From an uncultured Candidatus Binatia bacterium (GTDB lineage Bacteria; Desulfobacterota; Binatia; Bin18): 64,000 nucleotides of DNA. Below are positions 31,525 to 40,523 of the stretch, in pieces. Position 1 is the stretch's first letter. Each line of letters opens with the position of its first letter. The notes under the pieces were generated by a model. It was not told the origin of the DNA and did no database searches. It saw only the letters and a list, made by a program, of their open reading frames with translations. The stretch covers positions 3,456,001-3,520,000 of the forward strand of contig OZ243961.1 of the NCBI GenBank assembly GCA_965214605.1, given 5' to 3'. A program made the position numbers and the translations under genes.

Positions 31525-32487
31525 ATGGCAATTTTGATTACGGGCGGAACAGGATTTCTGGGTCGGCATTTAACCCGCCATTTACTAGAGCATGGTGAGC
31601 AGGTGGTGATTTTTGACGCGGTTCCCAATCGGCGGGCCGTGGCCGGGGTCGCCGATCAGATAAAGATCATCCAGGGCGACGTGATGGAACCGACGTCTCT
31701 CATGGACGCCATCCGTTCCAACGATATCGAGGGGATTATTCATCTGGCCTATTACCTGGGGACCGGCGGGATGCGCAACCCGCTGCCGTCAATTAACGTC
31801 AACTGTATTGGGACGACAAACATCTTTGAGGCGGCCCGGCTCAGCGGTCTCAAGCGGGTCGTGTATATGAGTTCGGTTGCCGTGTATCCCATGCGGACGA
31901 CTATGAGTGGCCCAGCCCTAGACGAGGACGCGCCACCAAAACCCGACGCCAATAATCCGGGTGGCCTGTACGGAGCGTGCAAGCTGTTCAACGAGCACAC
32001 GGCCGAGTATTACGCCAACGCCTACGGCCTGGAGCCGGTTGGGATTCGGCCGACTTCGGTGTTTGGTGAGGGGCGCGGCCAACGACGTGGAGCGGCCGGA
32101 GACCACTTTATGGTCTTGCCCGAACTCGCTCTGCTCGGACAGCCGGTCGTCATGCCGCCTGACGAACAGATCGCGGATTGGCTGTACGTCGCCGACGCCG
32201 CCGAAGTCTTTCGACTCGGCTATCACGTCCCCACCCCTTCCCACCGTATCTTCAACATGAGCGGACCGAGTCGAAAAACAGGCGAGATTACCGCCTATCT
32301 CCGTGAGATTCTACCTGGCGCCGATATTTCGGTCAGTGATAAACCGTTTGTGATGACTTCACTATTCAACACTGACCGCCTGCGTGATGAGCTTGGTTTC
32401 ACGCCTCAGTATACGGTTGAGAAGGGTATCCTGGCCTATCTGAACGATGTCAGACGGCGCGAGGGTATGCCCCTGGAGCCACGCTAG
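31525..32487 (+). CDS. NAD-dependent epimerase/dehydratase (extended SDR)
   Basis: TGGTGFLG, IIHLA, YGACK; AAGGAGG RBS. Confidence 0.93.
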   Translation: MAILITGGTGFLGRHLTRHLLEHGEQVVIFDAVPNRRAVAGVADQIKIIQGDVMEPTSLMDAIRSNDIEGIIHLAYYLGTGGMRNPLPSINVNCIGTTNIFEAARLSGLKRVVYMSSVAVYPMRTTMSGPALDEDAPPKPDANNPGGLYGACKLFNEHTAEYYANAYGLEPVGIRPTSVFGEGRGQRRGAAGDHFMVLPELALLGQPVVMPPDEQIADWLYVADAAEVFRLGYHVPTPSHRIFNMSGPSRKTGEITAYLREILPGADISVSDKPFVMTSLFNTDRLRDELGFTPQYTVEKGILAYLNDVRRREGMPLEPR

Positions 32488-32506
32488 CCCGAGACGAGGA
32501 AGCAGT

Positions 32507-33592
32507 ATGGACTTTGGGGTCAGTTTTCAAACCCATATCCAGCACAGCTGGAAGCATGCAATACTGGCCGAGCAGATGGGCTTTTCGCACGCTTGGTTTA
32601 TCGACAGCCAAATGCTGGCGTCCGACGTCTATGCCTGCCTGGCCCTGGCGGCCGAACATACCCAGACAATTCGCCTGGGCACGGCAGTGGCCATCGCCGG
32701 GACGCGGATTGCGCCGGTCATTGCCCACTCGATTGCCAGCATCAACCAGCTCGCACCGGGCCGGCTCATCCTCGGTCTGGGCACCGGCCACACCGCCTGG
32801 CGAGCGATGGGCATGCCGCCGGCTCGACTCGACGACTTCCGGCACACAATCGAGGTGTGTCGAAACTTGTTGGCTGGACATAGCGTTGACTATCACGAAC
32901 GTGGCCGGACCCGTACGATTCGCTTTTTCGACCTGGAGCACGGCTATGTCAACGTGCAGGATCCGGTACCCATCTACGTGGCGGCCGCCGCACCCCAGGC
33001 GTTAGCCGTGGCTGGGGAGCTGGGAGACGGGATCATTACCATCAGTGTCTTGTCTGCAGATATGCTCCGATCGACCCTGGCTGGTACGGTTCAGGGACGG
33101 CGGGCGGCCGCCGCCGGACCGGCATGGCCGGTTGTCACGGTTGGTGTGTCATGCGTTTTACGACCTGGTGAAGCCCTGGACAGCCCACGGGTGGTGGCGC
33201 GGGTCGGCCCGCGTATCGCGGTTGGCCTGCACTTCGGCTACGAAGCGGTCAAGCGCGGCAAGCCCGCCCCGGCTTCTACACAGGCCTTTCTGACCCCTGA
33301 CTACCAAGCCTATCTTGACGAGCGCTGGCAGGAGATTCACGCGACCCACTCGCGCTTCCTGCATCCTGGCGAAGAGAAGTTCATCACCCCGGAGGTCGTC
33401 TCCACAATGAGCCTGACCGGAACGCGAGAGGAGATTATCGCCCGTATCAGGCAGCTTGAGGCGGCCGGACTGAGCCAAATAGTCATCTCTCCCCCGTGGG
33501 GCTATGTTGAGGAGAGTATCGTCGAGTTTGCCCAGGAGATTATCGCCCATTATGAGGCAGGCTCCCTTGCCCTGGCTCGTCAGAAGGCTTAA
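32507..33592 (+). CDS. LLM class flavin-dependent oxidoreductase
   Basis: AEQMGFSHAWFIDSQM, IRLGTAV, NQLAPGRLILGLGTG; start reset to MDFGV. Confidence 0.92.
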   Translation: MDFGVSFQTHIQHSWKHAILAEQMGFSHAWFIDSQMLASDVYACLALAAEHTQTIRLGTAVAIAGTRIAPVIAHSIASINQLAPGRLILGLGTGHTAWRAMGMPPARLDDFRHTIEVCRNLLAGHSVDYHERGRTRTIRFFDLEHGYVNVQDPVPIYVAAAAPQALAVAGELGDGIITISVLSADMLRSTLAGTVQGRRAAAAGPAWPVVTVGVSCVLRPGEALDSPRVVARVGPRIAVGLHFGYEAVKRGKPAPASTQAFLTPDYQAYLDERWQEIHATHSRFLHPGEEKFITPEVVSTMSLTGTREEIIARIRQLEAAGLSQIVISPPWGYVEESIVEFAQEIIAHYEAGSLALARQKA

Positions 33593-33636
33593 GCTCGAAG
33601 AGACCAAGCCCGAGGAAACGCAAAGGAGAGCGGTAT

Positions 33637-34464
33637 ATGGCAGACCAGAATTATAGTCGGCCTGAGATGCTGGTTGAGACCGACTGGCTGGCCGAGCATC
33701 TCCAAGACGCCAATCTGTGTGTCGTTGACTGTGATAACCGTGAGGCCTACCGCCGGGCGCATATTCCTGGGGCGCTGATGTTTCGCGGCCACCACTATTT
33801 AAAAGAAAAAGAGGGGGCGCTGCACCTTATGGGGCCCGAGCAGTTTGCCGAAACCATGGGTGGAGCGGGGATCGGGGATGATACTGTGGTAGTTGCCTAC
33901 GACGGATTCAGTGGGCTGTACGCCACCCGTCTATGGTGGGCGCTCAACCATTATGGCCACACCCAGGTCACTGTCCTAAACGGCGGCTGGGACGCTTGGT
34001 TAGCCGAAGGACGGCCGCTGACGAACGCGCCCGCCAAACGCGCCCCGGCGCGTTTTAGCCCGCGAGTGAATGAGGAGTTGATCGCCCGTTGGGACTATGT
34101 CCAGGACTTGATCGCTCAGCCCAACCGGGTGCTGCTCGATGTACGATCTGACGGTGAATGGACCGGGGAGAACGCACGGGGCACAAAGCGGGGGGGACGT
34201 ATCCCTGGCGCCGTTCATCTCGAATGGCTGAACGCTGTTGATAATCAGACCAAAAAGTTTAAACCCGCCGCCCAACTGCGAGCCATGTTTGCTGAGGCCG
34301 GAATCACCCCTGAATCAGAAGTCGTCACCTATTGACAGGGTGGGATCCGTGCGGCGCACGGACTCTTTAGTCTGCGTTTAGTCGGTTTTGACAGGGTTCG
34401 GAACTATGACGCCTCGTGGGCCGAGTGGGGCAATCGGGAAGAATTACCCCTCGAAAAGGACTAG
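33637..34464 (+). CDS. Tandem-rhodanese sulfurtransferase (SseA/TST type), probable selenoprotein with UGA=Sec at residue 233
   Basis: HIPGA, LNGG..W, LDVRS, GRIPGA; VVTY-TGA-QGGIRAA continues in frame to NYDASWAEW..PLEKD-TAG, 275 aa in total. Confidence 0.88.
34346..34362 (+). promoter_or_regulatory. Bacterial SECIS-like hairpin
   Basis: TCCGTGC-GGC-GCACGGA perfect 7-bp stem; G-led loop begins after 17 intervening nt from the in-frame TGA. Confidence 0.72.
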
Positions 34465-34679
34465 CGAGTGAGGAAGGGAATTGCCGCTAGGGCGAGGGCA
34501 CCGGCGGCGAGAATAGCCCCGATCCCCCAGGCCGGTGCCCGGTGACGGTCGAGCGCCGCGCCACAGTAGATGCATTCGGACAGAAACGAGCCACCGGTCA
34601 CATACACCCGGTTCCACTTGTGGCACACCGAACACCAGGGCTTTGGACGCCCTTGAAAAAAAGTCGCGAACTGAACCAT
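34461..34679 (-). CDS. Small zinc-ribbon protein with C-terminal transmembrane helix (72 aa)
   Basis: CSVC...CIYC pairs, hydrophobic tail; AAGGA RBS before ATG. Confidence 0.55.
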   Translation of the reverse strand: MVQFATFFQGRPKPWCSVCHKWNRVYVTGGSFLSECIYCGAALDRHRAPAWGIGAILAAGALALAAIPFLTR

Positions 34680-34764
34680 AAACGCTATCCTTACTAGGAA
34701 GGTCAGTTCCAGACTAGCATACACCGGTGCCAGCGTCGAGGTCGGGGAGTCTACCACTGCCCCT

Positions 34765-35601
34765 TTAGCGACGCTTTTCCGCTCGGTGCTGCTTTGTGAG
34801 GTGGGGGGCCACCACGGCCATGAGTTGGGGATGAAGGAGGCGGTTACTGGCAACGAGTCCTTGGAGCAGGGTGGTGACTTGGTTGAAGAGTACCGGCTTT
34901 CCGCCCAGGGTGGTGAGCATGCCTCCAGCCTCTTCGATCAGCACGGTGCCAGCACACAGATCCCACTCATTCTTTGGCACGAGGGTAAAAGTCGCGTCGG
35001 CCTCACCCTTGGCAATTGTGGCTAGCTTATGCGCCATGCCACCGGCTGGCCGGACGTGAAACAGAGACCGAAACGGCCTCCATTCGCCCCGTTTTGTTTC
35101 TGAGCGGCTAGACAACACCGTCGCATCGGCCAAACGCTCCGTCGGGCTAACGCGCAGCGGTATATCGCCTGTGGCGGCCTCTGTTTGGACCCAAGCCCCC
35201 TGGCCGCGCACGGCCCACACCAACTCGTCTAGGGCCGGGTAGTAGATGACACCCAGGAGAGGCCAACCATCCTCAATCAGGCCGATTGAGACGGCGAACT
35301 CGGGGATTTTGTCAATAAACTCTTTGGTCCCGTCAAGCGGGTCAACAACCCACACGCGGCGCTTGGACAGCCGGGTTGGGGAATCGATGGTTTCTTCTGA
35401 CAACCAGCCGTCGTGCGGAAAGGCGTGGTGGATCATCCGATGGATCTCGTAATTGGCCTCGCGGTCGGCAACGGTGACCGGGCTGTCGTTGTGTTTGTAC
35501 TCTACGCGATAGTTCGTCTCATACAGCGCCCGAATCAGCGCGCCAGCCGCACGGGCAGCAGACATGGCCGTAGTTTTTTCGTGCTCCAGCCGGTCTGTCA
35601 T
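34765..35601 (-). CDS. cysQ: 3'(2'),5'-bisphosphate nucleotidase CysQ / inositol monophosphatase family
   Basis: PVTVAD, LSEE, WVVDPLDGTKEF, EWDLCAG. Confidence 0.88.
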   Translation of the reverse strand: MTDRLEHEKTTAMSAARAAGALIRALYETNYRVEYKHNDSPVTVADREANYEIHRMIHHAFPHDGWLSEETIDSPTRLSKRRVWVVDPLDGTKEFIDKIPEFAVSIGLIEDGWPLLGVIYYPALDELVWAVRGQGAWVQTEAATGDIPLRVSPTERLADATVLSSRSETKRGEWRPFRSLFHVRPAGGMAHKLATIAKGEADATFTLVPKNEWDLCAGTVLIEEAGGMLTTLGGKPVLFNQVTTLLQGLVASNRLLHPQLMAVVAPHLTKQHRAEKRR

Positions 35602-35607
35602 TGGCCC

Positions 35608-36585
35608 TTACATCCCTAAGACATAGGCAAACATGAGCGGGACGACGATTGACGCGTCGGATTCGATGATATAGCGTGGAGTCTCTACTCCAAGTTTGCC
35701 CCAGGTTATTTTTTCATTCGGTACTGCTCCTGAATACGAGCCGTAGCTAGTGGTCGAATCGCTGACCTGACAGAAGTAACTCCACAACGGAGTTTGGGTG
35801 CGGTGAAGATCTTGAATTAACAGCGGGACCACGCAGATAGGGAAATCTCCGGCAATACCCCCGCCGATCTGATAAAAGCCGAGGGCGCTTGTCCGGCACC
35901 CCTCCTCATACCAGTCGGCCAGAAAGGTCATGTACTCGGTGCCGCTGCGGACCGTCTGGGGGCTTTTGAGCTTGCTCGTTATACAATGGCTGGCAAATAC
36001 ATTACCGGTGGTTGAATCTTCCCACCCCGGCACCACAATGGGCAGATTTTTCTCCATAGCGGCCATCAGCCATGAATCTTTGGGATCAATCTGGTAGTGG
36101 GCCTGCAAGGTGCCGGAGCGTAAAATCTGATAGAAGTATTCGTGCGGAAAATAGCGCTCGCCCCGTTGTTCGGCCTTGAGCCACACGTCGAGGATGGCCA
36201 TCTCTACCCGTCGCATGGCCTCATCTTCGGGAATGCAGGTGTCGGTGACCCGATTCATATGTCGTTTGAGCAGGTCGGCCTCCTGGGCCGGGGTGAGGTC
36301 GCGGTAGTGGGGCACGCGTTCATAGTTGTTATGGGCGACTAGGTTAAAGACATCCTCTTCGAGATTAGCTCCGGTGCAGGATATGGCATGCACGCAGTCT
36401 TGGCGGATCATCTCGGCTAGAGACAACCCGATTTCCGCCGTACTCATGGCGCCAGCCATTGCCAGCAGCATCTTTCCGCCTCGGTCGAGGTGCCGCTTAT
36501 AGCCGTCTGAGGCCTCAATTAGGCTGGCTGCATTAAAATGACGGAAGTGGTGTTTGAGAAAGTCAGTCACCGGCTGGCTGCTCAT
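35608..36585 (-). CDS. Deoxyhypusine synthase family protein
   Basis: AGAMSTAE, TGANLEED, GGGIAGDF, YGSYSGA, EKITWGK; start reset to MSSQP. Confidence 0.93.
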   Translation of the reverse strand: MSSQPVTDFLKHHFRHFNAASLIEASDGYKRHLDRGGKMLLAMAGAMSTAEIGLSLAEMIRQDCVHAISCTGANLEEDVFNLVAHNNYERVPHYRDLTPAQEADLLKRHMNRVTDTCIPEDEAMRRVEMAILDVWLKAEQRGERYFPHEYFYQILRSGTLQAHYQIDPKDSWLMAAMEKNLPIVVPGWEDSTTGNVFASHCITSKLKSPQTVRSGTEYMTFLADWYEEGCRTSALGFYQIGGGIAGDFPICVVPLLIQDLHRTQTPLWSYFCQVSDSTTSYGSYSGAVPNEKITWGKLGVETPRYIIESDASIVVPLMFAYVLGM

Positions 36586-36663
36586 ACGCTCCTGCCTCCT
36601 TCGAACAAGCTGGGTTTGGTCGCCTCGGATCACCCACAGGCTAGCATCATGCCTCCGCACCAG

Positions 36664-37692
36664 CTAGCCCGAACTATCCTCATTGGCGCAGGATGCTGAC
36701 CGGTCGAGGCAGGCGCATAACAGCTCGACAGCAGCCTGGGAAGAGGGCTCAGCACAAGCCTGGCGGAGGAGCCGTCCCTGGGGGGTCGCCGCCAGGGCAG
36801 TTCGCATCAGACGCTGAAAATCGAACTGGGTCCGGGGACGGATGCGGTATAGCAGCCGGAGGAGGGCCAGCCGAAGAGCATACGCGTCTACGGCTTCTCC
36901 AACCCGCAGTTCGGGAGGCTGGTAGGCGCGAGTTTCGTTCAGGTAGTGGTCCGTTTCGGCCGGAACGTACTCCCTAATTGAGCGGCCGGCCGCCAGCATG
37001 TCCCGAATGGCGGTGGCTGACAGATCCTTGATCGCACTCGTTGACGCGGACAGGGGAAAAAAGTGGACAGCTGGACCAAAGCCCTGATTTTCCGGCTGGG
37101 CCAGCAGTTGGTAGAAAGCAGTCTGATCCAGCCCGCCCCGATTCGCGACGATCAGACAGGCCAGGTCGAACAGCTCGTGGAGGGCGGCATCTCTATCTTG
37201 ATAATAGCGGGGGTCGAGAATCTGTACCAGCTTGTCCATCCCGGTCAGGAAATACAGATTGGTGTCTGCGCCCAACAAACGGCGAAAGGCCTGGGCCTGT
37301 TCGACGTACAAGCCACGGTTGACCAACGCCACGCTTATCGACGATCGGCTCTCGGCGTACAGGGACAGCAGCACTAGGCGATCCTCAAGTCCCAGGCCGG
37401 TCACCCGTTCTTTATCGACGGTAAACGTGGCTAGGCTCAGAAATACCTGATCGAGCTGCCAGGTCCGGCAGACCTGTTCGGCCAGCTGACTGTGGGCCAG
37501 GGTGAGAGGATTGAACGAGCCGCACAGAATACCGATTCGGCGATAGGACTGGGTCGATCCAGACGAAATGACCCGCACCTGGAGTGGTGCGCTAGGGGCT
37601 AGGCTGGTGACGGTCTCACGCAGGGAAAACAGCCGGTCCAGGTCATAGGCCGCCCCTCTGACCTGGACCGGGCTAAGGGATAGCTGGCTCAC
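36664..37692 (-). CDS. Nicotinamide/nicotinate mononucleotide adenylyltransferase-like protein
   Basis: GSFNPLTLAH, GMDKLVQILDPRYY, LSATAIR; start approximate. Confidence 0.8.
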   Translation of the reverse strand: MSQLSLSPVQVRGAAYDLDRLFSLRETVTSLAPSAPLQVRVISSGSTQSYRRIGILCGSFNPLTLAHSQLAEQVCRTWQLDQVFLSLATFTVDKERVTGLGLEDRLVLLSLYAESRSSISVALVNRGLYVEQAQAFRRLLGADTNLYFLTGMDKLVQILDPRYYQDRDAALHELFDLACLIVANRGGLDQTAFYQLLAQPENQGFGPAVHFFPLSASTSAIKDLSATAIRDMLAAGRSIREYVPAETDHYLNETRAYQPPELRVGEAVDAYALRLALLRLLYRIRPRTQFDFQRLMRTALAATPQGRLLRQACAEPSSQAAVELLCACLDRSASCANEDSSG

Positions 37693-37818
37693 ACTCAAAG
37701 TTCTCCACGGTCGAGAGCTTATAGTCCTGCGGCTGGTAGGGCAAGTTATTGAGGTTGGGTCGCGGTGGGGTGGCCTTCCTGATTGACCGGGTCTTCTCCT
37801 CCGTGATAAGGTCTGAGA

Positions 37819-39633
37819 ATGTCTGCACGGCTGCGGTCGGGGGCGCCTTTGTGGCTCTCCATTCTCCTTTTTGGCAGTGTGTCCGTGCTGTCGGCCTGTT
37901 CTGCCCACCGCCCTGCTCAGCCATCTCGTCCAGCCTCCGCTCCTGTCCTCGCGCCGATGGGGCACACCATCCCGGGTAGCCCGGTCGCTCTTAGCCCTAA
38001 GGAGCGTGCCCTAGCCCATTTTCTCAAGAGCCGCGTGGCCCAGATGCGCGGCGATTATGACACAGCGGTGAGCAGCTTGGCCACAGCAGTCGAACTCGAC
38101 CCCGATACGTCCCTGTTACGCTTTCGCTTGGCCAAGCTGTACGTTCGGATGGGCAAGACCGACCTGGCCCTTCAACACTGTCGGATTGTTGTCGAACAAG
38201 AGCCCAAGGATCTTGAGGCTCAGATGTTTTTGGCTGGTCTGCTGTCTTCGACGCGTCAGGAAGACGAGGCCGCGGCTGTCTATGAAGCCGTCCTTGCGGG
38301 GCAGCCTGATAGTCAAGAACCGTATCTATATCTGGGGACCTTGTACGCCACGCAAAAGCGCTTTGAAAAAGCTGCTGAGGTGTTGTCGACCCTGGTCGAG
38401 CGCTATCCGCGTTCGCTGCTGGGCTATTATTACCTGGGCCAGATTTCGGCTACGGCCGGTCAGCTTGACACGGCCGAAACCTACTACAAAAAGGCCCTAT
38501 CGCTGAACGAACGCTCGGAAATGGTGATGCTCGACCTAGCGCTCGTGTATGAGATGCAGGATCAGGTTGACCGCGCCCGTGAAACCTATCAGCAGGCGCT
38601 CGACTACAACCCCGACAGCGAACAGGCGCGCAAACGTCTGGGACGCTTATTGCTTGAGGAAAAAGATCTCGATGGCGCCCTGGAGCAGTTTCGCGAGTTG
38701 GAAAAGATCCAGGAGAGGATTCAGACCGATCCCCAAGAGACTCGGCTGCGTATCAGCCTGATTTACAGCGAAAAAGGTGAGTACGACCGGGCGATCACCG
38801 AGTTGAATCTGGTCTTGACCGCCCAACCCGACAACAGCCAGGCTCGCTACTTTCTGGGCGTCATTTTGACCGAAGCCGAGGAATACGACAAAGCCGTCAC
38901 TGAGCTGCTGAAGATCTCGGACGATACCGACTACTACGCCGATGCGCGTTTGTATCTGAGCTATATCTATCGGCGCCAAAAGAAGCTGGCCCAAGCGATT
39001 GTTGAGGCCGAGCATGCCTTAAGGGTGAAAAAGGATGACCTTGAGGTAATGGAATATCTGGTCGACCTGGAGCGAGAGAACGGTAATCGCTCCCGGGCGA
39101 TTGAAATTCTCAAAAAAATGATCAGCTTGGTCTCCACCAATGACGTCTATCATTTCACTCTAGGAGTGCTCTACGGCGAGCAAAAAGAGCAAGACCTCTG
39201 TGTTGCCTCTATGCAAAAAGCGATCGAGCTCAACCCCGAGAACTCCGCAGCCCTAAACTACCTAGGCTATACCTGGGCCGAACAGGGGATCTACCTCGAT
39301 GAGGCCGAGCATCTGATTCGCCGGGCACTGAAGGTTGAGCCCGACGACGGATTTTATATCGACAGCCTAGGCTGGGTGTATTACCAGCGTGGGCAGTATC
39401 ATGAAGCCGTCAACTACTTAGAGCGGGCTATTGAACTGGTCAACGACAACTCGACCATCAGCGAGCATCTGGGCGACGCGTACCAGAAGGTCGGCAGAAT
39501 CAGCGAGGCGTCCCGCTTTTATCGGGCAGCCCTGGATCAGGCGACCGAGAACGCTCAGCGTCGACGCCTGCGAGAGAAGATTGCCACGCTGGCCCAGCAC
39601 GGTCAGGAGAGGCGTTCTTCTGAGCTTGAATAG
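37819..39633 (+). CDS. TPR-repeat lipoprotein
   Basis: Lipobox LSAC; many TPRs; ALNYLGYTWA, DSLGWVYY, EHLGDAY. Confidence 0.92.
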   Translation: MSARLRSGAPLWLSILLFGSVSVLSACSAHRPAQPSRPASAPVLAPMGHTIPGSPVALSPKERALAHFLKSRVAQMRGDYDTAVSSLATAVELDPDTSLLRFRLAKLYVRMGKTDLALQHCRIVVEQEPKDLEAQMFLAGLLSSTRQEDEAAAVYEAVLAGQPDSQEPYLYLGTLYATQKRFEKAAEVLSTLVERYPRSLLGYYYLGQISATAGQLDTAETYYKKALSLNERSEMVMLDLALVYEMQDQVDRARETYQQALDYNPDSEQARKRLGRLLLEEKDLDGALEQFRELEKIQERIQTDPQETRLRISLIYSEKGEYDRAITELNLVLTAQPDNSQARYFLGVILTEAEEYDKAVTELLKISDDTDYYADARLYLSYIYRRQKKLAQAIVEAEHALRVKKDDLEVMEYLVDLERENGNRSRAIEILKKMISLVSTNDVYHFTLGVLYGEQKEQDLCVASMQKAIELNPENSAALNYLGYTWAEQGIYLDEAEHLIRRALKVEPDDGFYIDSLGWVYYQRGQYHEAVNYLERAIELVNDNSTISEHLGDAYQKVGRISEASRFYRAALDQATENAQRRRLREKIATLAQHGQERRSSELE

Positions 39634-39649
39634 GCTGTAAGCGCGGCCG

Positions 39650-40492
39650 GTGTGGGCAAATCAGATGGCCCCGTCCTTCTTTTTCTTTCCGATCTGGCTG
39701 ACCTGCATGTTGCTGGGAGGGGTGTTAAGTGCCTGTAGTGTCCGTCCCCGGCCGGCGCCGTCCCCACCGCAGCCTGTTGTGAGCGCCCAGGCTTTACTCG
39801 GCCAGCTGCACGCCAGGCGCCAGGCGCTTGATCGTGTACGTGGCTTAGCCCGAGTGAGCCATGCCGGTCCACACGGAAAAGGCAGCGCCAGGCAAGCGAT
39901 TGCGGTTGCTGCGCCGGACCGATTCCGGTTTGAGCTCTTCTCTCCGCTCGGCATGACCGCCCTTATCAGCTGTAACGGTCAGATCCTGGCCGCCTATTTC
40001 CCGCAGGACAAGGTGTTGTACCGGGGCCAGGCCGATCCTTTTACGATTGCCCGCTTTACCCGGGTCTTGTTGTCCGCCCGGGAGGTAGTTGATCTGTTGC
40101 GCGGCCTGCCCGTTCTGCCCATGCCCGAGGCCGCTTGGGCGGTGTCTTTCGACCATCAGTACGGCTGGCACCGCCTGGAGCTGGCCGTCTCCGAGGTCGC
40201 GACACACCGGGTGTGGTTTGAACCCACAACGTCGCTCCTGCGACGCTGGGAAAAACACACGCCGCAGGGACGGCTTGTGAGCCGGGTCGACTTTAGCCGC
40301 TACCGGCAAATCCAGCGTCAAGAATTTCCGTTTGAAATTAATCTGTCTGATTTGTCCAGCGGGCAGCAGGTGACGGTTGTCTATGAGCAGGTCGAGCTCG
40401 CCCCGGTCTTGTCCGATGGGCTGTTCGATCTGGGCTCGATTCCCGGAGTCCAGGAGGTCCGGATTGATCCGGGGAATGTTGAGCCGCGCTAG
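39650..40492 (+). CDS. LolB-like / DUF4292 lipoprotein
   Basis: Lipobox LSAC; PDRFRFELFSPLG; directly follows the TPR lipoprotein. Confidence 0.72.
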   Translation: MWANQMAPSFFFFPIWLTCMLLGGVLSACSVRPRPAPSPPQPVVSAQALLGQLHARRQALDRVRGLARVSHAGPHGKGSARQAIAVAAPDRFRFELFSPLGMTALISCNGQILAAYFPQDKVLYRGQADPFTIARFTRVLLSAREVVDLLRGLPVLPMPEAAWAVSFDHQYGWHRLELAVSEVATHRVWFEPTTSLLRRWEKHTPQGRLVSRVDFSRYRQIQRQEFPFEINLSDLSSGQQVTVVYEQVELAPVLSDGLFDLGSIPGVQEVRIDPGNVEPR

Positions 40493-40523
40493 GACCGTGT
40501 GTCGCTGGCCTGACGGGGTGGTG

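Noticed and set aside
33637-34335. Sulfurtransferase as a simple truncated 232-aa protein or nonsense pseudogene
   Set aside because: The stop is TGA exactly at the catalytic Cys column, the downstream frame is intact and a SECIS-like hairpin follows. Sec readthrough is more parsimonious, though not proven.
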